Assembly: GCA_030980935.1 (NCBI GenBank)
Contig: GCA_030980935.1_3059.1
DNA: 64,000 bases
Strand: one strand, 5' to 3'
From: a phage
How positions within the stretch are numbered: the stretch's first letter is position 1; each line of letters begins with the position of its first letter. A model generated the notes under the pieces. It was not told where the DNA came from and made no database searches. It was given only the letters and a program-made list of their open reading frames with translations. The position numbers were made by a program, and so were the translations under genes. Positions 49,647-58,683 of the stretch are shown here, one piece after another.

Positions 49647-51329
49647 TTAAACTATTACAGTAAATCGACCAACTTTCTTCATTTGAAGATGCTGACCATA
49701 TGCTTGTGGGTCATGGTCTCTATGCGAAATAACAAAAACATTAGTATTTTTTAAACTATCTAAAATAGTTGAAATAGCTTTTACACCTTCAACGTCGGTC
49801 GCTGAATCAAAAACTTCATCAAGAATTAGTGTGTTTATTTTAACACCTGAAACTTTTTCAGCAATATCACGCCAAGTAAATAAAAGAGCAATATCAATTC
49901 GCGCTTTTTCACCTTGACTGAATGAAGCATAACTAAAATCTTCGCGACCACGGGATTTAATTGTCTCATTAAATTCTTCATCTAATGTAAACACATAATC
50001 CGCTTCCATTATTTTAAGATAATGGTTAATCTGCTTATTAAATAATGGAATGTACTTTTTAATAATAGCACCTTTAATACCAGAATCTTTGAGCATATCA
50101 GTCAAAATTCCTCGGTGGTATTTTTCCATTACTAAATTAGTTTTTGTCTTAACAATTTTATCAAGTTCTTCTTGAAGCAGTGCTATTTCATCAGCATGGT
50201 CAATAAACTCAGAAGATGCTTTTTCTATAGCTGCTTTAACTTTTTTAGCTTTATCTACCGTCGTGATTAGAGATTGCTTTTTATTGCGAATATCATTTGC
50301 CAACGACTGCTGAGTTTTAATATTATCTCGGTATTCATCAACAAGAACCTTTAAATTATCACGGTGTGTTGAAAGCTGTTCAAACGAATGCGTACATTCA
50401 GAAACTTTATCTTTAATTTTAGAAACAACTTTATCACCGGAACTTAATTGCGACAAACAGGTTGGACATAATCCACCTTCGTGATACATATTAATGACTT
50501 TATTGTACGAGTCAATTTTTGATTTAATTAAAACTGCTTCTTGACCGATTTTATTAAATGCATCAGTCGGGTCTTCGTCTAAAACAATATTAACTAATCT
50601 TTCATTAGCTTCTTCTATTTTCGATTTTAGCGTTCTAGCTTCTTTTGCCAAATCATCATACATATTTTGCAGACGAGTAAGATTGTCACCCGTTAATTTT
50701 TTCTGGCGTTCAACGTTATCATTATATATTTTAATTTGTTGGATAATACTATCTTTTTTAACATCAAGCACTTGGTTCTGCGAATTTAATTCGCGTATTA
50801 GTGCTTTATTAAGCTTATCCATTTCAGCTAATGTTCCTACCTCAAGCAGGTCTTCCACAAGCTTTCTTCGCGCAGGGGTCGACAAACCCATGAAAGGGGT
50901 ATACCCTGCTGTACCAAGGACAACAATCTGCTTGAAACTGGCATATGACATTCCGATAAGCTGTTCAAATTCTGCTTGGAAATCTTTACTGCTGGCAGAT
51001 TCATTAAGACGTGTACCGTTAACGGTGATTTCGAAAACGTTTGGTTTTTGTCCTCTTTTGATATAGTACTTTTTCTCATCATATTCCATCCACAGTTCAA
51101 CTAAAAGTTCTTTCTTATTTGTGCTGTTTATTAATTGACCTTTCTTTACATCACGAAATGGCTTGCCAAAAAGCCCAAATGTGATGGCTTCTAACATAGT
51201 AGACTTACCACCGCCATTTCGTCCAGTAATAAGAGTTTTTTGAACCCTATCTAATTGAATGTCAATAGGATTTCCACCTACTGACATTATATTTTGATAC
51301 CTAACTCGGTTTAGTTTAAAATTCTTCAC
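49647..51329 (-). CDS. 46: Recombination nuclease subunit gp46 (Rad50/SbcC-like)
   Basis: 560 aa; Walker A GRNGGGKS, coiled-coil middle, signature and Walker B at C-terminus. Confidence 0.9.
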   Translation of the reverse strand: MKNFKLNRVRYQNIMSVGGNPIDIQLDRVQKTLITGRNGGGKSTMLEAITFGLFGKPFRDVKKGQLINSTNKKELLVELWMEYDEKKYYIKRGQKPNVFEITVNGTRLNESASSKDFQAEFEQLIGMSYASFKQIVVLGTAGYTPFMGLSTPARRKLVEDLLEVGTLAEMDKLNKALIRELNSQNQVLDVKKDSIIQQIKIYNDNVERQKKLTGDNLTRLQNMYDDLAKEARTLKSKIEEANERLVNIVLDEDPTDAFNKIGQEAVLIKSKIDSYNKVINMYHEGGLCPTCLSQLSSGDKVVSKIKDKVSECTHSFEQLSTHRDNLKVLVDEYRDNIKTQQSLANDIRNKKQSLITTVDKAKKVKAAIEKASSEFIDHADEIALLQEELDKIVKTKTNLVMEKYHRGILTDMLKDSGIKGAIIKKYIPLFNKQINHYLKIMEADYVFTLDEEFNETIKSRGREDFSYASFSQGEKARIDIALLFTWRDIAEKVSGVKINTLILDEVFDSATDVEGVKAISTILDSLKNTNVFVISHRDHDPQAYGQHLQMKKVGRFTVIV

Positions 51330-51589
51330 AAAAGATTCCTTTTAATGTATCTTTTAGACCATTCTATCATATCATCATAATCTAAAAAGTATTCATCAAA
51401 TTCAGCCATGCAAACAACGCCTTGTGCTGCTTTTGATGTGATATAAATTATTCCAACATATCTAGAATCTTCTTCGGTATAATCAATGTTTGCTATGAAT
51501 TCATCATTAATGTCAAATGTCGAAAACTTCACAGTATGCATCCTTAATACAAGATACAGCCATATCTCGTAATGATTTAGGTGTGTCAT
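51326..51589 (-). CDS. 46.1-like protein
   Basis: 87 aa ORF. Confidence 0.45.
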   Translation of the reverse strand: MTHLNHYEIWLYLVLRMHTVKFSTFDINDEFIANIDYTEEDSRYVGIIYITSKAAQGVVCMAEFDEYFLDYDDMIEWSKRYIKRNLL

Positions 51590-51776
51590 TATCTAAAATG
51601 TTGAAGTTAAAAGATACAGCCCAGTCAGTGCAGACTGTAACCTTTTTAATACAATTATCTTCAACCTCTAACGGTTCAAACCAATATTCAATAATTTCTT
51701 TATGACCAATATCATCTTTTACTTCGCATTCAAAATGCTGACTCATCATAACATTTTTAAATTCATCAAAAGTCAT
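51513..51776 (-). CDS. 46.2-like protein
   Basis: 87 aa ORF coupled to gp47. Confidence 0.5.
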   Translation of the reverse strand: MTFDEFKNVMMSQHFECEVKDDIGHKEIIEYWFEPLEVEDNCIKKVTVCTDWAVSFNFNILDNDTPKSLRDMAVSCIKDAYCEVFDI

Positions 51777-52792
51777 TGTGTTGCCTCTACATATAGCTGA
51801 TTCGCATATTGAATAAGTGCTTCACGGTCAGAATCAGTGATGTCTGGAATTGCATTAATGTATTCTTCCATTAACGTCTGAAGAGATTGAACTTCAACTT
51901 CTTCACTGTCATCTGACTCGACAGAGTTATCAATTTTTGACACAACTCGTAATGAATGCACAACTTTTTCTAGTTCAGATTCGAACTTCGTCAGATTTTT
52001 GTCTACTTCAGTTACTATAACACGTACTGATAAATTTGTAAAATCTTTATAGTCAATTTTTCCTTTAAATGGATAATGAATTCTACGATGCCAGGTAGTA
52101 TTGTTTGGAATAAATTCCATTCGTTCTGTTTCTGTATCAAACATCCAGAACCCACGAGGGTCATTCTCGTCACCTGCAGTTAGTGTCCATGGTGTCCCAA
52201 TATATCTGACGTTAGCAGCCTCAGAGATAGTATGGAAGTGACCAGACCACACCTCTTTATAAGTCTTAAGGAAATCAGGTTCAAGACCATGAGATTTCAT
52301 TCCTTTATAAAAATAAAATCCATTCAGCTCCCAGTGACCAACACAAAAAGAAGCAGATGAAGTTTTGATGTGTTCAAGAATTTCACCAGTATTTTCTTCA
52401 CACATCCAAGGAATTAAATCAATTAAACATCCGTCAAAATCTACTGTAGTAGGCTTATCATATACTTTAACATTAGGATATTTAGCCAAAAGCTCAGTAG
52501 AGGCATTTGGAGTTAAAGTATTTTTAAAGTGCATATCATGGTTTCCTACAACAGTATGTAGGGTAATACCAGCATCATCAAGCATTTGAACTATTTCACG
52601 AGCAAACTCCATAGTTTTATGCGTGATTGCTTTTCGCACATCAAAAATATCGCCGTATTGAATCCAGGTAGTAATTCCATTTTTCTTAGAATATTCTATT
52701 GCTTGTTTAATTCCATCCAACTGAATGGATTGAACCCACTCATCATCGGCTTTAACGCCTAAATGCCAATCACCTAAATTTAAAATTTTCAT
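51773..52792 (-). CDS. 47: Recombination nuclease subunit gp47 (Mre11/SbcD-like)
   Basis: 339 aa; phosphoesterase motifs (GDWH, GNHD). Confidence 0.9.
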   Translation of the reverse strand: MKILNLGDWHLGVKADDEWVQSIQLDGIKQAIEYSKKNGITTWIQYGDIFDVRKAITHKTMEFAREIVQMLDDAGITLHTVVGNHDMHFKNTLTPNASTELLAKYPNVKVYDKPTTVDFDGCLIDLIPWMCEENTGEILEHIKTSSASFCVGHWELNGFYFYKGMKSHGLEPDFLKTYKEVWSGHFHTISEAANVRYIGTPWTLTAGDENDPRGFWMFDTETERMEFIPNNTTWHRRIHYPFKGKIDYKDFTNLSVRVIVTEVDKNLTKFESELEKVVHSLRVVSKIDNSVESDDSEEVEVQSLQTLMEEYINAIPDITDSDREALIQYANQLYVEATQ

Positions 52793-52929
52793 ATATCAAG
52801 AACCGTCATTGAAATGCAAAATAAAATTATTGAAATAAATCCATCTGGAGTGCTAAAGAACCCAATCCAACATGCTCTAGCGAATAGATAAAATGCGAGA
52901 AAAAGTATCACATATCCAAGAAATATCAT
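52789..52929 (-). CDS. Small membrane protein (46 aa)
   Basis: MIFLGYVILFLAFYLFARACWIGFF...; stop overlaps gp47 ATG; below cutoff. Confidence 0.4.
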   Translation of the reverse strand: MIFLGYVILFLAFYLFARACWIGFFSTPDGFISIILFCISMTVLDI

Positions 52930-52955
52930 TATATCAAACTCCGTATAAAGCTAAA

Positions 52956-52967
52956 GGGCCGAAGCCC
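52956..52967 (-). other. UUCG-tetraloop hairpin downstream of a-gt
   Basis: GGGC-CGAA-GCCC followed by T-run. Confidence 0.5.
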
Positions 52968-52968
52968 T

Positions 52969-54171
52969 TTATTTTGTAATAATGTCAAACTGTTCTTTAA
53001 AGCAGAAGCTTGAATCTTGGTGCTGATACAAAAATTCATATGCTTTTTCTCGCTCACGGTCATAAAGAGCTCGGTCAGATGACAGTTCTTTAATACGTTC
53101 AAATGTTGATTCCATGTCATTTTCATCAAACCAAACGATACCGCTATCATGCGAAATTAGCGGAGTATTATCAACACGGAATTTTAAATTTTCGCCAGTA
53201 GATTTCCAAAATACCGGAATTGTTCCACATGCACCAAGCTCGAGATGAGTATATTCTAAAGAACGTTGTAGATATTTTTTATCCAACTTACTCAACTGAT
53301 AACCAAAACCGGATTTACTCATACGTTCAAGCATTTCGCTATTTACATAACGGTCAAGAATTTGCGTTGGCAAATTAGGAGCAATTTTAATTTGGTCTAC
53401 TTGATGAAGACGATAATACTCGTATGGAATTCCTTTTTCTTTAATAGGAATGAACGCTGGAGAACGTTCCAGACCTTCCATAATAGTACTTAGTCCTGCA
53501 GGTTTAAGATGTTTTTCGTGAAAATCAAACATCTGATAAAAACCTTTCCATGTAGTCGTACGACCAATCCAACGGTTGATATTCATGTTAATTTCAGAAA
53601 CATCTTTCCAGTAGGTTGATCGAACCTTCGCAATATCCATAGGAGGCTGAAAGTTATATACGGTCGGTGCTTCTTCAATATCATCAAACAGAGAAACTGT
53701 TTCTGGATACCATTCTTTCATCAAAACTTTATTAAAATCGCCATTATCAGAATGACTAAAAATAACATCAGCTCGACGAACAGTTTCTTCTAATCCCAAA
53801 TTTCGACGCAAAGAAAGAGAAGAATGGTCATGCTGATAAACTACAACACGAACAGAAGGTTTAATGTTATCAATAATTTTTTTATAGTTATTAATAGTGT
53901 CTTCTTCAACCGAAGTAGCAGGAACTGAATTGATAATTAGAATATCACAATCATTTACCAGCTTAAGTGTTTTATCGTATTCTTTTGCCAATAAAACCGG
54001 AATTGAAAATGATTTATAATCATGCGCGCAATTACGAGTAAATGATTTATCTTTAGCATAAACCAAAGTCACTTCATGACCATTTTTAATAAACCAATCA
54101 CGTTGCTCAAGAGAAAATTTAGTTACACCGCAACCTTCAAGACCTCGAGCCATAAAAATGCATACTTTCAT
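52969..54171 (-). CDS. a-gt: Alpha-glucosyltransferase (hmC DNA glucosylation)
   Basis: 400 aa; recognised as near-identical to T4 alpha-gt. Confidence 0.9.
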   Translation of the reverse strand: MKVCIFMARGLEGCGVTKFSLEQRDWFIKNGHEVTLVYAKDKSFTRNCAHDYKSFSIPVLLAKEYDKTLKLVNDCDILIINSVPATSVEEDTINNYKKIIDNIKPSVRVVVYQHDHSSLSLRRNLGLEETVRRADVIFSHSDNGDFNKVLMKEWYPETVSLFDDIEEAPTVYNFQPPMDIAKVRSTYWKDVSEINMNINRWIGRTTTWKGFYQMFDFHEKHLKPAGLSTIMEGLERSPAFIPIKEKGIPYEYYRLHQVDQIKIAPNLPTQILDRYVNSEMLERMSKSGFGYQLSKLDKKYLQRSLEYTHLELGACGTIPVFWKSTGENLKFRVDNTPLISHDSGIVWFDENDMESTFERIKELSSDRALYDREREKAYEFLYQHQDSSFCFKEQFDIITK

Positions 54172-54237
54172 TTAATATCCTCATTGTTTTGGTTTATTTT
54201 ACCAAAAATTTGTAAAGCAATATAGGAGCCGAAGCTC

Positions 54238-54411
54238 CTATCCGCATAATACACCATACAGAGGCTCATTAGAGCTTCTAAATTTAATACGCTTATATGT
54301 TATAGTTCCTTCTGCTTTAGCTTTATCATGAGATTCTTTAAAGCGTCTCATCATTTCTACTTTAGAGGAACGAATTTTATTATAATCTATTTCACAAGTC
54401 TGGGCGTTCAT
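54238..54411 (-). CDS. Small hypothetical protein (57 aa)
   Basis: Below cutoff ORF followed by GGAGC-CGAA-GCTCC hairpin. Confidence 0.35.
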   Translation of the reverse strand: MNAQTCEIDYNKIRSSKVEMMRRFKESHDKAKAEGTITYKRIKFRSSNEPLYGVLCG

Positions 54412-54414
54412 CTT

Positions 54415-54621
54415 TCATAACTGCCACCATTTTTTGACTTGATAGGAATCAACCCACACTTTCATATTAGGGTCTGCTCTTACAATAGGAGGATTAACTT
54501 CTTTAATTGAACTATCGTGGTATTCTTTTTCAGAAATTTTCACGCAAAGATGACCATTCAAAGATTCAGTAAATCCTGCATTAATTTTAAGACGCTTGAA
54601 TTTTACGCGTGTAAGCATCAA
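54415..54621 (-). CDS. Hypothetical protein
   Basis: 68 aa ORF. Confidence 0.45.
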   Translation of the reverse strand: MMLTRVKFKRLKINAGFTESLNGHLCVKISEKEYHDSSIKEVNPPIVRADPNMKVWVDSYQVKKWWQL

Positions 54622-54904
54622 TCATATCCTCAATCTGCGATCTAGTAGTCTTCCAAAGAATACTAATGAGTTCATCGTTATATGGCTGTTTTAGAATATC
54701 CCGACTTTTCTTGATAGCATATTCGTATTGAGCAAAATTATTGTTTTCAGCTGCAGTCTGAGCGTGTTTATAAAGACGGTTCAGTTCGCGTTTATTTTTA
54801 GACAATAACTTATTTGCTTTTCTTTCTGCTTCAAGACGGTTCTTTTCTTCAATAGAAGAAATAAGCTTTTCCACTTCATCATTAATTTCGGGTTTATCAG
54901 TCAT
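54587..54904 (-). CDS. Hypothetical protein
   Basis: 105 aa ORF, helical/charged. Confidence 0.5.
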   Translation of the reverse strand: MTDKPEINDEVEKLISSIEEKNRLEAERKANKLLSKNKRELNRLYKHAQTAAENNNFAQYEYAIKKSRDILKQPYNDELISILWKTTRSQIEDMIDAYTRKIQAS

Positions 54905-54905
54905 A

Positions 54906-55124
54906 TTATTTCTCTAATATAAAATAAAAATCATCATCTGTTAAATGATACCGATAGTTTAATTCTACACCATTAGATTTAAAAGCGGTATCATACGGAT
55001 TTTCTGGATCAATATCAATGTCAAGAGCTAAAACTTCCCTGAGATACATTTTAAGTAAATAGGGAATAGCTTCAACTTCAGGTATTTCTTCCAAGAATCC
55101 GGAGAGGTTAATCGTTAGCCTCAT
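54906..55124 (-). CDS. Hypothetical protein
   Basis: 72 aa ORF downstream of gene 55. Confidence 0.5.
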
Positions 55125-55665
55125 ATAAAAAATCCAAACTAGGAGAATCGTCTACAACACTTTTCTTTTCAGCCCCCGGTGTTCTATAGGTTGATTCTTC
55201 GTAATGCGTCATTTTATCGTAGATGTCTTGAATAAAAGTTTCATCTACTAACGCAACCATATCGTCGTCACGACTGTCATAGACATTGTGAACGAAGTAA
55301 CTGTATTTCTTTGCAACTTCCTTACGTTCTTTTTTAATACGCTGGACGAATGCATTAAAACAAGCTTGAGTTATATACGCATGTGGGTTTTTATATTTCG
55401 TTTCATCAAAATTATGAAGCCCCTTAATAGAAGCTTCTATACCATCTGCAATCATTTCTTGTTTCCAAGACTGGGTGTATCCTGAAAAGTTGAAACGTTT
55501 AGATAAGCCTTCTGCAATAAGCATAATGGCTAATCCGATAGTATCATTCTGACGAACTACTTTATTTGGGTCTTTATTATTTGCTAATTCTGTTTTCCAA
55601 TCAATAATAGCTTGTAAAAGCTCTTTATTGTTTACGTAATTATATTTAGGCTTAGTTTCTGACAT
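55108..55665 (-). CDS. 55: Late-transcription sigma factor gp55
   Basis: Track GTG start trimmed to ATG ([10 protein letters not shown], 185 aa as T4 gp55) with SD AAGAGGTG. Confidence 0.9.
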
Positions 55666-55743
55666 TTTCACCTCTTAGCTCAATTCATAGATCTATTATA
55701 TCATAATATTTGAAGATCTATCTTAAAGCATAGAGGATATCAG

Positions 55744-56013
55744 TTATCTAAGTAAACAGTATGCTTGGAACACTTTTTCCATCATCTTTTTAAATTCATG
55801 AATATCTATATAATGACTAGTTAAATCAGCATGATATAAAAAGTCTAAAAACTTTTCATGTGTGCTAGCATATTCGCTTTCATTTAATTCAGAAACATGG
55901 CTTTCCCAATATCCAACACCAGTTTTATTTGGGAAAAATGAAATTTTCATGTATTGGTCAACATAGAAAATTCCATAATTTTCAATAGTAATAGAAATAT
56001 TAATAAATTTCAT
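55744..56013 (-). CDS. Hypothetical protein
   Basis: 89 aa ORF. Confidence 0.45.
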   Translation of the reverse strand: MKFINISITIENYGIFYVDQYMKISFFPNKTGVGYWESHVSELNESEYASTHEKFLDFLYHADLTSHYIDIHEFKKMMEKVFQAYCLLR

Positions 56014-56231
56014 ACATTCATCAACTTAGCCGCTTCGAGAGCTGCATCTAGTGAATCAAACTGGTCAACGTATTCAATCAATTCGCCATAATTAGCGTAT
56101 AACCACCATTGGCTAAATTCATACTCAAGGATGAATCCATTTCCTTCAATTTGAGTTAAACCAATGCCATTTGTATTTACTTCATATCCGGCAAGACGTA
56201 AATCGTTAATAAGAGCTTCGTTCATATTCAT
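56010..56231 (-). CDS. Hypothetical protein
   Basis: 73 aa ORF. Confidence 0.45.
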   Translation of the reverse strand: MNMNEALINDLRLAGYEVNTNGIGLTQIEGNGFILEYEFSQWWLYANYGELIEYVDQFDSLDAALEAAKLMNV

Positions 56232-56554
56232 ACCTTAGCAATTTTCAGGTCAGCAAATTTTTTCTTGCGTTGATTTTTCATACGACGAATAGTTTTATCG
56301 GAAATTTCATGTTTTTGATAAGCTTTAGATTCTACACCAAAAGCTTTAACATCAAATTCTGACAAGATATATTGAACCAACAATTCACGGACAGTATTTC
56401 GTCCAATCTTCTGATCATTCTGTTTCATCGTCTGATGAAGCTCTTTTTCCCATTTATCCAAAATTTGAGGAGTTACAATATCGCCTTTTTCTAGCAGAGA
56501 AACTACTTTATCATATGCATAAGAATTGATGGCGTTTTTAATTTGAATAGTCAT
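56228..56554 (-). CDS. Hypothetical protein
   Basis: 108 aa ORF, basic C-terminus. Confidence 0.5.
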   Translation of the reverse strand: MTIQIKNAINSYAYDKVVSLLEKGDIVTPQILDKWEKELHQTMKQNDQKIGRNTVRELLVQYILSEFDVKAFGVESKAYQKHEISDKTIRRMKNQRKKKFADLKIAKV

Positions 56555-56594
56555 ACATTATCCTCAATTGCGTTAAAATTTTATTATCCAAAAA

Positions 56595-56606
56595 GGGCCG
56601 AAGCCC
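56595..56606 (-). other. UUCG-tetraloop hairpin
   Basis: GGGC-CGAA-GCCC. Confidence 0.5.
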
Positions 56607-56807
56607 TTAGCTAAACTGTTTGGCACCCTTCCAGCCTTCGTACATCATTGCGGCTGATATTAATATTGCTCCTGAGCAACTTGAATATTTGTGATTCCAA
56701 AACCAGTTTAGAAAAACTTCGTCATCAATACCTTGGGCTATCATATTTTCAAAGAACTGACGACGAGCTTCGGCAATTCGCTGCGATAATTTAGATTCAG
56801 GATTCAT
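56607..56807 (-). CDS. Hypothetical protein
   Basis: 66 aa ORF with UUCG hairpin downstream. Confidence 0.45.
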   Translation of the reverse strand: MNPESKLSQRIAEARRQFFENMIAQGIDDEVFLNWFWNHKYSSCSGAILISAAMMYEGWKGAKQFS

Positions 56808-56939
56808 TTAAATTTCCCAATTACCATTTTCATCAATGAATTTAATCCAGTCATTTACTGACCACTTAGTTGTATCGCCTTTTGGAGTAACATTTAAAGT
56901 ATATAGCCCTTGCTTAAAAAGCATTCGTTTGATATTCAT
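56808..56939 (-). CDS. Small hypothetical protein
   Basis: Track ORF 56808-57023 overlaps upstream gene; probable internal start MNIKRMLFKQG. Confidence 0.35.
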   Translation of the reverse strand: MNIKRMLFKQGLYTLNVTPKGDTTKWSVNDWIKFIDENGNWEI

Positions 56940-56946
56940 AATTTCC

Positions 56947-57285
56947 TCAGCTGTAACGATAACACTCGTTTGATTTACGTTTAGCAACTCGTTGAGAAGT
57001 ATTATAATCAAAATCATCGTCAATGTAAACTGATTTTTTCAACTTTCTTACTTCACCACGTAATTGGCGATTTAGCTCATCTTTAACTTCTGAATCAATA
57101 CCTTTCATTCTACGCCATTTATCTGAGCGAAAAATGTTTTCAACCATATCTTTATGACTTACCCCATCAGGAGCTTTACGCTTTCCGAAATAGTCATAAT
57201 CACGAACTTTCAAGTCTTTACGACGATACGTTTTACCCATGGAGTTTAATTTCCTTAGCAACTGAACTAAATACAGCACGATCAC
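56947..57285 (-). CDS. Hypothetical protein
   Basis: 112 aa ORF, basic. Confidence 0.5.
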   Translation of the reverse strand: MIVLYLVQLLRKLNSMGKTYRRKDLKVRDYDYFGKRKAPDGVSHKDMVENIFRSDKWRRMKGIDSEVKDELNRQLRGEVRKLKKSVYIDDDFDYNTSQRVAKRKSNECYRYS

Positions 57286-57415
57286 AAATCATGTGTTTAT
57301 GTAACTTGAGTATAATATAGCAAACTTCAAAACTATTTACATGAGTAACACGAACAGCATTACCATTAATGAGATAATACTGTCCCTTTTTAATTTCTTT
57401 ATCAACCACAACCAT
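57233..57415 (-). CDS. Hypothetical protein
   Basis: 60 aa ORF downstream of an early promoter cassette. Confidence 0.45.
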   Translation of the reverse strand: MVVVDKEIKKGQYYLINGNAVRVTHVNSFEVCYIILKLHKHMICDRAVFSSVAKEIKLHG

Positions 57416-57573
57416 ATCAATTCCTCAAAGGTAATTCATGTGTTAATAATACCACAGTTTGAGCTCGTTGTAAACAACTTTGTGAAAATTATTTTAGGGA
57501 ATGATAAGAAGGGAACGATAGCTTAGAATGGTAATATACAGAATGTAAGAAAGAAAGGCCCAGAGGGCCCGTC

Positions 57574-57882
57574 TCAGTCTTCTATGATATCTCTATCATA
57601 TCCAAGTGAAATGAGAGTTTCTTTGAAGTGTTTAATGTTCTTTTGTCTAGAATCATTAATGAAAATGACTGGATAACGAATGTTAAGAGATGTGAATCCA
57701 GCGCGTTTAGCAAGAGATACAATCAGCGGACGATCATACTCAATCTTACCATTATTTGTAAGAACTTTATAGAAAGTAAAAGGAGCATTGAGCTCCTTTA
57801 GAAGTTTTGTAACTGATTGACATCCAGGACAACGACCTACTTCATCTGGAATTCCATAGACTTCAATCTTGTTTTGTTTCAC
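57574..57882 (-). CDS. nrdH: Glutaredoxin-like protein NrdH
   Basis: 102 aa; CPGC redox motif. Confidence 0.8.
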   Translation of the reverse strand: MKQNKIEVYGIPDEVGRCPGCQSVTKLLKELNAPFTFYKVLTNNGKIEYDRPLIVSLAKRAGFTSLNIRYPVIFINDSRQKNIKHFKETLISLGYDRDIIED

Positions 57883-57884
57883 AA

Positions 57885-58097
57885 CTATTCCTTACTAAGA
57901 GCAGCATTCAGCTTGTTAGTAATTTTATCTAGACGCTTATTGAACTCGCTAGAAGATAAGCCCTTTTCTGGAGAAATCAAACTAATCACGAAAAATATAG
58001 CAATAAAAGGAATAAGGAAAATAGCTCCAACTGCCATAAACAGAAAGAATGTTACAGTTGTAAGAAAATCAGCTAAACCTTTACGAAATTTATACAT
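57885..58097 (-). CDS. Small membrane protein
   Basis: 70 aa, two hydrophobic segments. Confidence 0.5.
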   Translation of the reverse strand: MYKFRKGLADFLTTVTFFLFMAVGAIFLIPFIAIFFVISLISPEKGLSSSEFNKRLDKITNKLNAALSKE

Positions 58098-58212
58098 ATT
58101 TTACCCTTAATTGATTAACCAAGCATTGATAAGCACTAAACTATATTGCGAATAAAATTCTGGACCAAAATGAAAAATCATATCATTTATAGTATCCATA
58201 ATGTAATTCAAT

Positions 58213-58683
58213 TTAATCATGTGTCCACACCCCATCGGTATTTGACCAAAGTCGCTGATTATCTGATCCTCGCCACAGCTTTTTGGTCGGAAGATTTTTC
58301 TCATACTTCCCATCAATAATAACATCAACATATTTAAGCATTTCTAGTTGTTTAATATCTTCAAACTTATATCCTGTCCACAACCAAATGCTTTTACTGG
58401 GATAAAGATTTTTTACTGTTTGAACGATGCAATGAATAACATCTCGGTTATCAGGATAGAGAGGGTCTCCTCCAGTTATAGTTAATCCTTCTATATAATC
58501 ATTATTCAAACATTCAATTAATTGTTCTAGTGTTTCACCAGTGAATGGAATACCATTTCTAGCATTCCATGTTGATTTATTATAACACCCTTCACATTTA
58601 TGCAAACAACCTGTAACGAAAAGAACGACCCTGCAACCAGGGCCATTCACAAAATCGCAAGGATAAAATCTATCATAATTCAT
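58213..58683 (-). CDS. nrdG: Anaerobic ribonucleotide reductase activating protein NrdG
   Basis: 156 aa; radical-SAM cysteine cluster CLHKCEGCYN. Confidence 0.9.
   Translation of the reverse strand: MNYDRFYPCDFVNGPGCRVVLFVTGCLHKCEGCYNKSTWNARNGIPFTGETLEQLIECLNNDYIEGLTITGGDPLYPDNRDVIHCIVQTVKNLYPSKSIWLWTGYKFEDIKQLEMLKYVDVIIDGKYEKNLPTKKLWRGSDNQRLWSNTDGVWTHD

Noticed and set aside
58107-58331. Track ORF 58107-58331 (74 aa)
   Set aside because: Overlaps the 3-prime 119 nt of nrdG in another frame and has no clear RBS; probably spurious
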